The notes beneath the pieces are model-generated. The model did not search any database and was not told the DNA's origin. It saw only the letters and a list, made by a program, of their open reading frames with translations. From Bigelowiella natans CCMP2755 (taxonomy: Eukaryota > Protista > Cercozoa): a stretch of 64,000 nucleotides of DNA. Position 1 is the first letter of the stretch, and each line of letters starts with the position of its first letter. The position numbers and the translations under genes were made by a program. Shown one piece after another: positions 13,860 through 28,307 of the stretch. Location of the stretch: the NCBI GenBank assembly GCA_000320545.1, contig ADNK01000618.1, positions 90,201 through 154,200 on the forward strand. Direction: 5' to 3'.

Positions 13860-15502
13860 TTGGCCACCTTCGAGCTTTTGCAACAGTGTATCCACTTTGA
13901 TGCTGCTGATAATTCAACATGGAGAATCAACGTACGATGTCGTCGGAAACTCTCATCAGGGCCAGAATGAACTAGCATAATACATCATTGGTCACCGCTA
14001 CATTATAAATTCAGAGCATGCCAAGTTTTTGTGTCTCTAAAATAGTTTCGCAATGGAATTCCCGTACGTACGGGTCTCCAACTACCGCAAACGTGCACAC
14101 AAGCATGCGAATCGAAGCCACTTACGTACGTACACTTGTGTACTTGCGCATACTTGCTCAGATATTGCTTTGTTGCATGCGCATCACATAGACGATGAGC
14201 ATCACCGTAGTGCGTACGTGGCTAGGTGGGCCCATCCATGCTGCTGTGGCGCATCTAGCATTGTGCGTGGAATGCACTGGCTAGCTAGCTGGTGCACGAC
14301 AGCCTTGCGATCGATGCATGCATGACACACGTCTAATAGACAAACACCACGCACGCGCATTCACGTCACCATGCTAGCATGGCACGCGCACAGCATCGCA
14401 TGCATTTGAGCGACTGGACGTTCGTCGTGCGCGCACCGCCGCGGCTTGCCGCGCTAGCGCGTGTGCTAGCTAGCTAGCGCGTCCCATGCTGGCGCGCATG
14501 GGATGAAGAACAAAATGAATGACCTGTTGCCATTTTTTTGCATTTCAGCTACGGTCTGCCAGTGATGCTCAGCTACGGTCAGCCAGTTGCATTGGAGAGA
14601 GAAGGGCAACCAGTGCAATTGAACCAGTGGGACATGGAACGCCAACTTAGCTTGGACTCGGAGCGCGACAGGTTTTTTTGACCAACCATAGAAGTTACAG
14701 TGAATTCATAACAAATCCCTTATCTTTACCATGACGCAGGAAAAAGTTTGTCTGAGTTTTGTCCTTATCCAAATGTTCATGACGCAGGAGAGAATTTATC
14801 TGGATTCTCTATGGACGACAAGGAATAGGTCGCTGCAGTAGAGAACTCCATTGCAGAGGACGATGGGAAAATAATGATCAATGGTGCTCGCATCATCCGA
14901 ATACTGCATCATCCTGCAAGCGTCCTTTTCACGAACAACATCGTGATTTTACGATGGTAGGACCTGCCGCTATTCTCCGCATCATCATCTTGAGGTGAAA
15001 TTGAACGTAGACGAAGATGATGTCGTAGCAGGACCTGACCACGGTGTGCAGGTCATCTTGACTATATCAGCTCAACCACTCTCGTTTTTATCTAGGATAT
15101 GGCGTTGCCTGACAGTCGCAGTCAGCGTGGAGGTGGTGTCAGATTAAAATAACGACAGTAATTTGTCATGTTCTCACGTTGTCTCGATCATTGTTTGCAA
15201 TCAGCCCCGTGGAGTTCGAATGATGCGCTTTGGATTGGCGGTTATTTTCAATCTTTCGTTTTTTTGGTGATGACTGATATGATGGTGAAATCTACTCATA
15301 TGCACTTGCCTGCTGTTTGGGTTGCCGCTGGTGCCGGAAATACCTCCATGGATAATTTATCGTGAATATCATCATCATCATCGAGAGGTTGCTTCTCCTT
15401 AATCTGTTTTTTACTTGTCCTTCTTCTGCCCTCCTCTAGGTAATGGTATTGGTAGATCTGATAGTTCGGGCTCCGTATATTTGGGAATTGCAGGTAACTG
15501 AT

Positions 15503-15542
<40 letters not shown>

Positions 15543-16222
15543 CGAAAGAGAAAATAGCAACAATGACAGCAAAATGAACGATCTAATGAACACAGGCACG
15601 CAAATGCAATCCATTCTCAATGCTAATTATCCCTCCCCAGCCTTCCTTCGTGCCATAAATATGACATTGACCCGTGGTTCTTACAGACTGATGCTGGTGT
15701 GCTTGGAGAGCGTGAAGTCTCGCACGACGATTGGGTGTACTGCCTGCATTGTAGGTATCGTTCTTACTCTGCCCAGGTGCTGCTACATTTTTCACGTGGT
15801 AGATAGATTATTCAACAACTGTGCATTTATTTTCCAATTATGAATTCAATTTCTTATGATATTGATCTCATGCCTCTCAGCCTACTAGGTTATGATCCGT
15901 CATAGTTAGCAATATTCTCATCTTATTTCACTCTTTCTCCTCCTCCTCCTCCTCTTCCTCCTTTGCCCTCCTCTTTCGTTGTTTCACCATCCTCCTCAGG
16001 TTTTCCTTCACTTCTTGCAGGCGATATCTGCCAGCTTGTTGATGGCCGAAGTCAAGCCAGAAATAACAGCACTCGCGACGTTTGTCTTACACAGCTCCCT
16101 GATCTCGAGCGTACGTGACTACATTGCTCTGATAACATATCACTAGCTACATCTCTTAATTGGGTTCTAAGATGACTGATGCTTCCCTCCCTCTCTCCTC
16201 CTCGTTCACTGCTACACATATT

Positions 16223-16268
<46 letters not shown>

Positions 16269-17331
16269 GAACCAGGTTATGCTTCAAGGAGGCGACAAGA
16301 TCCTTGCACGGTGCCTCTTCTTTGCAGCGCTTCTACCATATAGACGCAATTCCCTGCAGCAGTCGAAGGAAATGCGGATTCTGCGAGAGAAGGTATGGTA
16401 TTCTTATGGTGATTGCATGTACATTTCACGTCGATAACACAGTGGCAGTATAAATACTATCAAATCTGGCCAATGGTACGAGAAGTCATATGAAGGGGTA
16501 ATGATAACTGAGAGGGTACTGCTGCTTTGTGCGTGTGTTTCAGGAGGGGGGCCATGGAGATGTAGAAGATGCTTCTTCTTCATCACTGACCCAGATTGCT
16601 CACTTCATTGTACCAACCGAATAATTACAACATCGTCATCATCCTCTTCCTCCTAATGCGACTGCGTGTTACGGCTCACCCCTCGTAGGCGCAGCTAGGA
16701 TTCATGATATCAACGTTCTCTATCTATTTAGATAGTGTGGAGGGAAGAAAAGGTAAAATGATAATGAGGTGCCCAACAATATTTGCAACGAAGGGGGGGG
16801 GGGGGGGATTTTTGAGCGAAATAAGGTGGCTTTATCCTCGAGGAGCCCTGTCATAGAAGGCAAGAGACATCAGAAAAATTCAGTTTTTCAGACAGCAGCC
16901 GCTACAGAAAGAAATGCGTACTTTTTCTCATCCTCATGCTACATTATCGATAGCCATCTACTTCTTATGTTAATAACTATCGTCCTTTAGCATCATAAAT
17001 AAAGAAAAAGAGCTTGTTTGAGGTGGTGTTCATGAATCTTTCAATCCTTAATTCCCCTATTCTTCCCTCCCCCCCCTCCTCCTCCATAATATTTCACTTA
17101 GACTCGATGGAATGGAGCTACCTGGAGGGGTCCGCTGTCTTCACGATATTGCATGGTAGGTCATCCTGCGATGTGACGGACTGCTCTGTTTGTTCAGCAA
17201 ACAACACCTTGTCCTTCGCCCATTCGAGCCAACATTTTTACATCGGCCAAGGCACTGTTGTGGTGTTGCATTCCTAGAAGGGAGGTTTGGGGGCTGCAAA
17301 TGAGATAATCAACCGTCAATCAACATCCATC

Positions 17332-17403
<72 letters not shown>

Positions 17404-17802
17404 TCATGCATTCAATAATCTCTAGATGAGGGTCTCGTGACCCCTGCAGGAGCCATTATCCGTCAGTCTCCGACTCTCTGCTATTGTACGATTAGATGAG
17501 CGCAAAACACGCACATATAGATAGAGTGTGTTGGTAGAGCATAGTATTTTTTACGGTGGTGACGACGATGATGACGATGATGATGGTGATGATGGTGGTA
17601 GAAAGATATTTGTCATAGAGCAGTTAATGTTGTTAGTGCTGACAGTAAGCTCGATGTGGGCCGAAGCATACGTGCCTTGGTTGCTTCTTGCGGCTCATCC
17701 TGGTGATTCTTAATTAATCAATTAATTATTTTATAAACGAGCAGCGTATCCCATTAAGAAGTAAGCATAAAAGTGTATATAGGGAATATGTTTCTCTCTC
17801 TC

Positions 17803-17867
<65 letters not shown>

Positions 17868-18284
17868 TGTGGGCAATTTTCTTCATTGTTTCAGAAGGCC
17901 TAACACACCACCCTTTTCCCTCTTTCTTCTTTCTTTTGTTCTTTCTTTCTTCATGTGTTGATGACACCCAAGCAGCACACGCATATTCAACAACAACAAC
18001 GTTATCCATCCATCCAGTGATGTCATCATCCTTCTTCCTCCCTCCAACCTTCTCTTACCGTTGTGTTGAAAGGTGACGGGATCATTAGGTTCCTTGGATG
18101 CGTGCTTCTCATGGGTAGCAGACATTTGTAAGCAGCTCTCTTGACTACTATTCGATAGCGTGGCTGAGAAAGAAGAGGAGTGATTCAAAATTACCACAAT
18201 TTTGCTGAAAATAAAGACGATACCCTTGCTTTTGCTCATGTTTATAGAGGAAGGGAAAAGAGTGAAAGAGGCTGACCATTGCTG

Positions 18285-18318
<34 letters not shown>

Positions 18319-18616
18319 GACATATATTCATATACCTACTTCTCCCCTTTGCAGGTCTCCATGTAGGATTGGGAGTCACAATCTCCTTGGCTTTTTTTCA
18401 AGCAGTACGTACGTCGCCGTTGTTATAATTCTCGTCGTTATCATTTCTTCATTGTTATGTTGTATTTGTCGTGGTGGTTGTGGTGGGGAGTTTAATTGCA
18501 CGAGTACTACTTCAAGATGCTGAGAATCGTATCGTGCGCAAACAACAGGTTTGCTTTTTGGCCCTGCTTCCATTCCTTCCACCAAAGGTGCTGCAAATAC
18601 AGCAGCGCGCGTGTGT

Positions 18617-18701
<85 letters not shown>

Positions 18702-19815
18702 GTGGAATAAGGTTAGGAAGAGAGTGTTGGTGCGATGTCGACTCGAGCAGTACAGACATCTCTTCAGCCACTTTATTGTTTTTTGGTTGCTTTGCGCGCC
18801 GTCGTTACTCCTGCAGGTTTTTGATGACTTATCCAAGTTGTCAGCATTATGGCTGCCATGCTCCTCCTCCTCCTCCTCCTCCTCCTCCTCACCATCATCA
18901 TCATCGGTGAGGTGGTCTAGCCTTCTTTCCCCCTCCTTCTCGAGTCTCTTCTCCTTCTCTTGGCTTGATATCGTCCCAAGGATAACCGCGGAGAATGAGA
19001 GACCATGCGATGATGATGATGATGATGATGACAGCGACGACCTCGAAGAAGGAAAAGGAGAAAACAGGGAGAACAACCGCAGAAGGATGGGGAAAACTAA
19101 CAAAAGCGCCAATAGCAGCGTCATAGTTAGACGAAGGGTGGCGCATAGTAGCAGCCACTATAAGCATCGTCAGCAGCAGCAGCAGCAGCAGCAGCAGCAT
19201 CTCCCACAACAACAACAACAACAACAACAACAAGAGAAGACATCGGAGTCGCTCAAAAATAGCAGTAGTACATCTCACAGGCGGAACGACAATGAGAGTA
19301 AGTAAAATGAGGAAGAAATCATACAGGGTGATTGATGATCATGTGATAATAGTAACGAAGGGAGGGCGACGATGATTACGATGTTATCAGTGTGATCTTA
19401 CTGCTGCTCCATATGCTGTTCTTCATATAATGATTCCTTGTAGAACGTCGGGGAAGGCGAAATATGTGTTGTATCTCAACTGCTACGGCTTCTTCAAGTA
19501 AAAGTAGCAGTATTGGTCTCGAAACAAGCAGAGAGTTCCTGCATCTTTTCCTTGCTGTAAGTCGTCGTCTATTAGAATAGCGAGAAGGAAGAAGAAGAAG
19601 AAGAAGATGATGATGATGATTATGAAGAAGAAGAAGACTCAGGAGGAATTAAGGGAGAATTTGAGAGATAAAAGCACGCACTCATCTGACTGCAAGCTTC
19701 TCCTTCTCCTCCTCCTCCTCCTCCTTCATCTTCTTAGATTCTTGGTATTTCTGCCACATTCTTGTCGGAGCAACGATGGTTTCAGAGGTATTTCAGAAGA
19801 ACTCTTATTCTCTAC

Positions 19816-19887
<72 letters not shown>

Positions 19888-19906
19888 GTAGTTATGTCGC
19901 TGACAC

Positions 19907-19951
<45 letters not shown>

Positions 19952-20599
19952 CGCGCTCAGATACGGCACTCCAATAAAGATGAGGGGTGGTTTTTACCCA
20001 AAAGTGGATCGCATGATTTCTGGGTTTGTATTGCTTCAATTTACATATCATGTATACATATATGTATACATGATATGTAAATTGATGTATACATATATGT
20101 ATACATGATATACATTCCTTGTGCCACTATCAGAGCAACAAACGCATGATAATTGCAGCCGCCACCACCATACTACTACTACTACTACTACTACTACTTA
20201 TATATGATGACGACATTAGAGGCGACAAGATGTATAGTAGGAGTGTGTTACTACTCCTGCTACCACTTCTGCAACTTCGTTCTGTTTAATAGCAAGTTAG
20301 TCTTGATGGGCTTGCCTCTTGTCCTATTGAATTACTATAATTCATTATTGGCCATTCTTACCTGTCAGGTGGTGGCGTCTACCCGGTACACTGCGTAACG
20401 GACGTGAAATTGACATATTTCGAGTGCGTGTGCCTTCTTAGCCCTTCTTCTCCTTCCTTTGAATATGATGAGTACTCAAGGGTCATCAATCAAGCCCACA
20501 CCAAACAGAAACCCACACACACACACACACACACCTACCACCGTATACAGAGTCTTGGAGAAGTGGGGCCGGTGCATAGAAGAGGTAGTAGTTGTTGCT

Positions 20600-20632
<33 letters not shown>

Positions 20633-21540
20633 ACGGTGAAAGAAAACTCGAATGCCTGGTGCTTTTCCTTCTTCAATTATCCTTTCATCTTCTTCCTCTT
20701 CTGTGTATGTAGCTTCGCTCATGGCTGCCAACGAGACCATGAATCGAAAGGAACATTCTGCGATTGTGCAGCGCCCTCTGCCACCATCGCGACACTTCAG
20801 GGCAATTTCAACTTCTTGGACGGTGCTTTAGAAACATCATTTAGGAGGAGGCGGCGGCGCGTGTAGATAGATCATCAAGGAAGACAAGACGTTTGCATAC
20901 TTCGCAGTGGGAGAACACATATAATGCCCAACTATTAATCTTTTTGGGAGAGGAGTAGTATGAAACTGTGGCCATAAAATTCGGCCTTGTAATGGAGTTG
21001 TGCTGCTGTAGTATTGGTATTATCTTACCCCCCCCCCCCCCCTCTCTCTTCCAGGGATTGACGCCTGAGATGCAAGGTATAAATGTCCGTTATCTCCAGT
21101 ATGTCTGCGACACGTGGAATAAAGGCAGGAGAAAGATCAGAAGTAGAAGTAGCAAGAATACGCTCTTTTCCTTGGATGGGATTTTCCACTACAATCAAGA
21201 CGGCAGTAACGACAATTCCCACACAACCACAACTAGGGTAGGTTACGTATTTCTACACTTGATATGATTTATGTATTTGGCACTCATCAAACTTGTCGTG
21301 CGAGCTTTTTGGCAGCAGCAGCAGCCCTAGCAGCAGCACTAGCAGCAGCACTTCCTCATCCTACCTCTCCAGTTATCGTACATCTTCATCTTCCTCATTC
21401 AAGTATCATATCGCCTTTACGTTCCATTGCATCATTAATAACACGCTGGTGGTTGTCTTGCAGACGAAGAGGCTGCCTACCGACCTCATGTCTGTATCTC
21501 TCGCAGCTGTCGTTACCATTGGTCGTTATTGTTATTGCTA

Positions 21541-21577
<37 letters not shown>

Positions 21578-21688
21578 CGTGTTATTCGTTCTGCCCCTTA
21601 CCGCTGCTACTTCCTGCGAATACAACCAAACATAAGGACCAACCTTCACCGTATATCTCCAACTACAGCACTTATCTCCTCCCACACG

Positions 21689-21732
<44 letters not shown>

Positions 21733-21760
21733 AGTAAACATGTTGAGTAAGTGTAGTAAG

Positions 21761-21807
<47 letters not shown>

Positions 21808-21870
21808 CGTTTCTCTGCTCCTTTTTTCTTTCCACGACCCAATTCCACCATCACCATCATCATCATCATC
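8658..21870. repeat. dense intronic microsatellites (CA, TA, GA, ATC, TAG, CAG); also at 27.4-29k, 34.6-36.9k and 45.1-47.1k
   Basis: Dozens of di- and trinucleotide runs of 20-60 bp, directly visible. Confidence 0.95.
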
Positions 21871-22292
21871 GTGCGTTTTCATCATCAATGTAGCTTCTAA
21901 GATCTCATCATCACTCCTCCCTTCCTCCTCCCCAACTCGAATTACAGGATATCCTGATCCAGATGGGGAAGGGAAGGGGTATCTAGGTGGTGGATGGACA
22001 ACACTATTGAGAGATTATAAGGTTTTTTTACTCAATGTATGATTCCCTTCATTATATACAAAGTCAAGGGTTTGGCATTGTCATCAAATTTATTCTTGTG
22101 AATCTCTGTCTTCAATGATCACCGTAATTATCGATTTCATCGTTGTAATCTGCAATTAACTGGTTGCAGGTGGAAATCGTGCGATATCAATGTCTCAGTG
22201 CTGCAGGCCGCCCAGTAGGAGAGGTTGATTATGATTCTTTTCCTCTCACCCTAAATCCTCTCATCGAAGCACACGTCTTATTCAAAATGTAG
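14634..22292 (+). CDS. HTTM-domain (horizontally transferred transmembrane) protein, ~20 exons
   Basis: Spliced exons read PRGVRMMRFGLAVMVLVDLIVR...TDAGVLG...SLISSNQVMLQGGDKILARCLFFAALLP...EWSYLEGSAVF...GLHVGLGVTISLAFF...LLPFLPPKVFD...GWWRLPGTLRNGREIDIF...YLQYVCDTWN. This follows the motif order of prokaryotic HTTM proteins. Exons upstream of ~15096 are uncertain. Confidence 0.8.
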
Positions 22293-22592
22293 GTGATGAT
22301 TTTATTCTTGAACATATTTGTATGCACTTATTGAAGGTAGATGTGCCGTCACCGGTTCGCGGACCGCTCCTGAAAGCTATGGTAAAAGCTTCTGATGAAA
22401 GAGAGAGAATCGTAGCTGAAATTCGCAAGCAGGCGAGATAGAAAGAAAGAGCCAGATCCGACCACCCAGTGCGTCGTATTCCAGAAGTTTTGCTTCACAG
22501 CTGCTCGTATAGTCCTGCGACAGTGTCAATGGTTGATGATTTAATTTGTTTGTTCGTGTAATCAAGCTCGTGCATCGAACCAAGACGACCAA

Positions 22593-22675
22593 TGTGAGAC
22601 GGATGTAATAAATCAAATTAAATTTGTTCAATGGTCATCCTCATGTAGCTGTGCAATGCAGCGGCTACAGCGCTA
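22593..22675 (+). repeat. full copy of ~85-bp element
   Basis: tgtgagacggatgtaat...ttcaatggtcatcctcatgtagctgtgcaatgcagcggctacagcgct. Confidence 0.85.
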
Positions 22676-23320
22676 ATGTACACCTAATAGTGAGCGCATG
22701 GCGTGTCAGCCATGCTGACTGGCGTCCTGTGATCGTATCGGTCGCATCACAAGCGCTCGCTTATACAATATGACATCATGGCCCATGGAGTATATGTATC
22801 ATGGATCACACATAGATATAGCTAGATAAACTGCTATATACTGCAGCTGTGTATGTCCGCGTGCGTGTGCATGTGTGCGTCTGCTCGCATAGATTTCATA
22901 CAATGGCTTATATCGTAGCCTAGCAGCAGTGCCATAATAATATTGGGTTGGGTCTACATGTCTTGCTATTAGATTGTGTATCAGAACTAAGTATTGATCG
23001 CATGCACGCCAACCTAACAAGAACTAGCGAACAAGCATCTATAAATACACATGCCGCTGCACGCACGCACTAACATTTCTACAACTTCTCGCCGGTTGCC
23101 ACGTTGCCACGCACCGCGCTGCATGCACATTCAGCAGTACGCAGATATGAATTCTTATTCTTGTTATTGTTATTAGACCTCAGAAGCTCAAACTGCTGAT
23201 ACTAGCTAGAATGCGACTATTATTGCAATATGTGTGAAGAAAGCATTAAGTAGTACGCTGCAAAATACAGCTGATGATGGTACCAGAGCTTCCATCAATT
23301 ATGTGCAAGCTGCCTCGCTG

Positions 23321-24137
23321 CTAATGAACCACCGGCTTGAGAACCTCTCCCGTGACTTCTGAGTAGTTTATCTCTATATCCTGATCCTCTTCTACTTCGC
23401 CTATGATTGCACTAATGAAGAACACAAGCAAAGTAGTCGGAACATAAGAAACAAATCACTACCCTAATTTTAAGGTTTCTTTGCATAATTATGTGGGAAG
23501 CTTACACGTTGTCGCCCCGGATAATGTACAGCCCCAAGACAACTTGCTCTACTCCAGCGTCTGGAGAGAATACCCTCTCGTGGCAATCCTCAAGAATTAT
23601 GTTGATGCACTGGTCGTAACCTTTCAATACACCCTGTGGGCGTTAAAGATCGAAGGTCATAAGACTAAGAGAGATAGATTTGTGAATAAAATTTCATTAA
23701 TTACCACAATGTTTCTTCCATCGTTCGTGATGACATTCACGATTCCTGTGAGCGAATAGAAGCAAGACGAAAAGTAACTAAGCCCACACGGTCTTTAGTC
23801 TTTCTGGAAGATGATGATCTTCAGAAGCGAAAGTGAGCTAGTATTTAGCAAGCTCTCCCATCTCCCAACCTGTTACTTCCCCTCCGCATCGCTTTTCTCA
23901 AATAATTGAAAGTTCATCCTCAATACGCAAATTTGTAAAGGGTTCTCTCTTTCGAGATGCCTTACAAGAAGTGCGCAGTTTGGGCTTCCTCGCTCACGCA
24001 CACTCACTAACGCCGCAAGATTCTGACAATTTGGGCCAAAGAGTGGCCAACTCACGGAGAGAGACAACATATACAGGGCGTAGTAGAAATGGGCTGTAAC
24101 ACATACGATCGACGTAGGAATCCAGTTCGGACGCCAT
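23321..24137 (-). CDS. LSM8: U6 snRNA-associated Sm-like protein LSm8, 4 exons
   Basis: MASELDSYVDR/IVNVITNDGRNIV/GVLKGYDQCINIILEDCHERVFSPDAGVEQVVLGLYIIRGDNV/AIIGEVEEDQD...LKPVVH*. Confidence 0.95.
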
Positions 24138-24467
24138 TGGTTCCGCCGGAGGTGGGGTCGGTTGTTCTGAAGCAGAAAACTGTGCGGGTGTGTCTGAGTT
24201 GCGGATACGTATCCTCTCGGTCAGATCCTCGGTAAATTTTGGTCTAAATTTAGAATAATTATACATAGATATTATCCGGAGTTAGAACGTATCATTGTAC
24301 GACAACGCGACTCTGCATTGACTGATCTGGCGGGCGCAAGTTTTTATCCATTTTGGACAATTTTTATTAGTGAAAATACCCTGGGAGGGGCACTTTATAT
24401 CAAGCTGGGCAACTTGGAGGGAAAATCTTATCAATGAAGGGAAAATAGAAGAATTATTCCCTGCGAC

Positions 24468-25612
24468 ATGAATATAGGTATGTCGCTCATTTATCTCCCC
24501 AGCATCTGCATCAATGCCTCAGAAACGGTAGTGATGGTTGTTATGGGCCTGGCCCCAACACGTACTGATGAGAGGAGAGGCAAGGGGGAAAATAGTTTGA
24601 TCACATATTTGGTCACATTCTTTCTACATGAGCCCTGATCCAAGATTTTGTAGCGTATCTGAAGGTTTACTTTTACTTTCAGGAAGCGGAAGATCTGAAG
24701 AAAGTCAGGCAACCTCCCGGCTTTGAGCTCAGCGAGCAAGAACAGAATGAGATTAAAGAGGCCTTTGATCTTTTTGACATAAAGGGAGAAGGTGCGCTCT
24801 CTAATTAAGGCTTAACTTCCGAAAAATCCGATGAGTAGTCGTGTTGAAGATTCATCGGTTTTGCAGGCAAAATCTCAGCAAAGGATACAGAAGTTGCTCT
24901 TAGAGCTCTTGGGACGGAGCCAAGTATTCGTGATAACAACCAAAATACAACGCAGTAACAACACTGATTCGATGTTTAATCTAATAGATACAGAGGATGT
25001 TCGAGGTATTTTCGCAGCGATTGGCAAGGACGCTGGCGATAGTGTCAACCTAGAGGAATTCAAGAAAATCATGAGTATCAAAATGGTGCGTGCGAATGAA
25101 GTTCCATGTCTCTTGAATACTCTCACATACTTCTTTGCTTTTCCCTATCTAAACACACGTATGTACTTACACTAATGTTACTAACCCTACTGTTAATTCC
25201 AGAATCAATCGCTGGGTGGGTCGGAGGTGGATAGGGCGTTTGTAATGCTGAAGGGTGCCTCTCGTGACGTTATTAGCTTCGAAGATCTTAGAAGGTTGGC
25301 TAGAACTTCTGTGTGCGGAAGGAATACGTAAATATTAATCAGTGGAAATTATCTTTGTTTAGGATATCAAAGGAAATAGGGGAAGATTTAGGTGATGAAG
25401 AACTCAAGCAAATGATGGAAGCTGCGGGAGCAAACGCAAATGGCGATGCAATAGATCTGAAAAAGTAAGTTGTCGATGTGCTAGATTATAGCCCATATCT
25501 TTCATTACATCTCCTTACACCCGATTCGAATTCTTGCATCCTTGTCATTTATACTTTGGTGTCATCAATGCGGTCTCGTAGGTTCACTGCTGTACTAAAT
25601 TCGTCTCAATGA
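24468..25612 (+). CDS. divergent centrin-like EF-hand protein
   Basis: [42 protein letters not shown]...LEEFKKIMSIKM...ISFEDLRRISKEIGEDLGDEELKQMMEAA. First exon uncertain. Confidence 0.85.
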
Positions 25613-25929
25613 TGTAGAGCTTCTTGAAGGACTCTCAAAGAATATAACTCACCCTTTCCATGTGGACAAAATCAATATGAAGTTGTGATAACGAAGTAGT
25701 ATCACCTGTACAAAATGCGGCGGCGTCATGACTTTGCAAGCGTTTTCGATTCTATGCATGTGCTTATTGCAGCATGTAGCAGCAGGAATCGTCTCACGCT
25801 TATTGCGATGTGCAGTGTTGCGTGTGTGCGATGCTTATATGCTTTGTCAATTGACTATATGCAACGCCCCACTAGTCAATATGAGGCAAACACACATATC
25901 GTACATGTATGCATGCGACAGCAGCTGTG

Positions 25930-26193
25930 TGTGAGACGGATGTAATGAATTGATTAAATCTTTTCAATACTAGCTTGTGTTGTGTCTATTTGTCTCTGAA
26001 ATTATGAGTAATATATATGACGCACACCCCACAAGGCACAGCGTGTTCAACTGCTTGTATCGTTGTTATATAAGTGTATTATAGTATGTGTGCATCACAT
26101 ACGATACGTAAGCGCTGTAGCCGCTCGTTCGCACAACTACATTAGGATGACCATTGAAAAGATTTGGTGACACTTCATTACATCCGTCTCGCA
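25930..26193. repeat. inverted pair of ~85-bp element (25930-25968 + partial, 26109-26193 -)
   Basis: tgtgagacggatgtaatgaa ... ttcattacatccgtctcgca. Confidence 0.85.
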
Positions 26194-26851
26194 ACATACG
26201 CACGTGGCCACGTTCTAGCGTTACTGTACAGTATATTTAGGCTAGAGCTAGCGCAGCAATACGCACTAATGTGTGGCGCATGATACACATGCTTCTAGAT
26301 ATGCACAGCTGTTGTGTCTGTTGTCAGCGCTCTAATAATAGCAAGCAGTGCAAAGATGAGTACATGTCAGTAATAAACGCGAAGGCCGTATATGCTATTT
26401 GTGCGACTCTGTATGTGTATTTACATTTGTCATAGCCGTGTGAATGACGGCGAATGCATTACATATTACGACGTTTAAATTATGGCCTAAGTAGACATGA
26501 AGTACTCAACCTACGAGCAGGCCAATTCAATCATTATTCGCCTGCTAGAACATGCTTAGATGGTTAATCCATAAGGCCCTCTTTTGCCATTGTTATTCGT
26601 AAGATATCATAATCGATCTACTCGGACGCTTTGAAGCACATATCGATATAGTACACCATTACCCTTGTCTTCCATTACATCTAATCTCTGGAAAAGTGCT
26701 TTTATCGCTCTGCATCAATATCTACCTTTAATGATTCGCTATCATCCGAGGAGTGGCTTTATCAATCCGATGTGCTGTATCCTTTCTCTCCATGCCCCTC
26801 CTATGTTACTGCTACAACTACATCCTATTCTCTCGCCACAGCTTTCTTCTC

Positions 26852-28090
26852 CTAATCGCAACTGCTACCTTGCCTCGTCCTCGTCTTTCTCTCCCTCTTT
26901 GCGGATATTTTGATCAATCTGGCCTCCCCACTCATGCCCTTTGCAAGGTCCTGGTGGCAGAAGAAACGCCTAGTGGGGAGGGGCAGGTCCTCGATCCTAT
27001 AATCCCCACGGCTGCTATCACCGGCACCGAGGAGGCGTTCTCTGAGGAGTGTCTGAAAAAGGCTGTACGTTTCAAGGTTCCTGAGCATGTTGACGAGGTA
27101 AATGGCCTCAACTCTCGCCTTTTTGATACATGTTTCCAGCACGTTGATAAGTCCAGGAATGATGTCCGGTGAGTACACAAGATCAGAACCGATTACGACG
27201 TCGGGAGGATACACGCAGACCTCCTCTTCCTCATAGCTACACCAGTCTAGCTTCGACACCGTCAGCCCTGACTCAGCGTCAAAGCACTCAGCGCCGCCGC
27301 TCTTATCTCTCACACGCTCCGCGTTGATTTTCAGGTTGGCTTTGAGTGTTGCCAGTCCCTTCTCGTCGAAGTCAGTAGCCTCCACTCGCCGCGGCCCCAG
27401 GCTCATCAAAACCGATGATGCGAACCTTTGATGATTGATTTGACATAATCGGCACAATGATTGATGATGATGATGATGATGATGATTATGAGGAAAGAGG
27501 TTCTTGTAAGACCGACATATCGTCATGCAAAACGAAGGGGGAGAATGATGACGACGACGATGATGATGATGATGTATTGTACCCGGTGCCTGAGCCGAGC
27601 TCCATGACAGCCTTCCCTTTGAACAATTTAGGATTCTCGAGCATAAATTCTACCAGTGTCAGCGCCGCCGGCCAAAGATACGTCGATATGCTTGAGAACG
27701 ATGATGCTGCATATGACATATTATGTATTATATAAATAATCCTCACATCGTTAACTCTGTTACACAAAAATCATCAGTGAAATCGCAGCAGTCTCAATCG
27801 AGACTGGGTTTATATTTGGAAATATCTCTCTTTGGAATTTTGCCATTCTTTTCTTGTTTCTCTTCTTCTTCTTCTTCTTCTTCTTCTTCTTCTTCCTCTG
27901 GTTCCGCGTGCTGTTGGTCCTCAACCTGATGCAAGAGTCACTGTTGTCCACGTTTTCTTCGATGTTTTGCCTTCGAAGCTGCCAACCTCAAAGTCATAGG
28001 AACGAAAGTGCTTTTCCTCCGCGGCACCTATATAAAATACGACCATAACGATGTGTGAAAGTATAAACGCATGCATATGAAAATATCTAA

Positions 28091-28132
<42 letters not shown>

Positions 28133-28265
28133 AATGAGATGGTTGTATTTCTCACCCATACGTGAAATATATCACTCACATCTATCTGTGCTTACCCCCC
28201 CTCTCTCTTCTCTTATGTCATTGAATTTGGGGAAAAGGAGGGCGAAAGAGGGGGAGAGAGAGGGG

Positions 28266-28307
<42 letters not shown>

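Noticed and set aside
14546-14810. Short local duplications (cagctacggtc x2; atgacgcagga x2)
   Set aside because: Too short and isolated to support a feature.
8475-22042. Dozens of 60-200 aa ORFs with poly-HT, CV, ER, YI or SL tracts
   Set aside because: They are translations of intronic microsatellites or antisense shadows of real exons.
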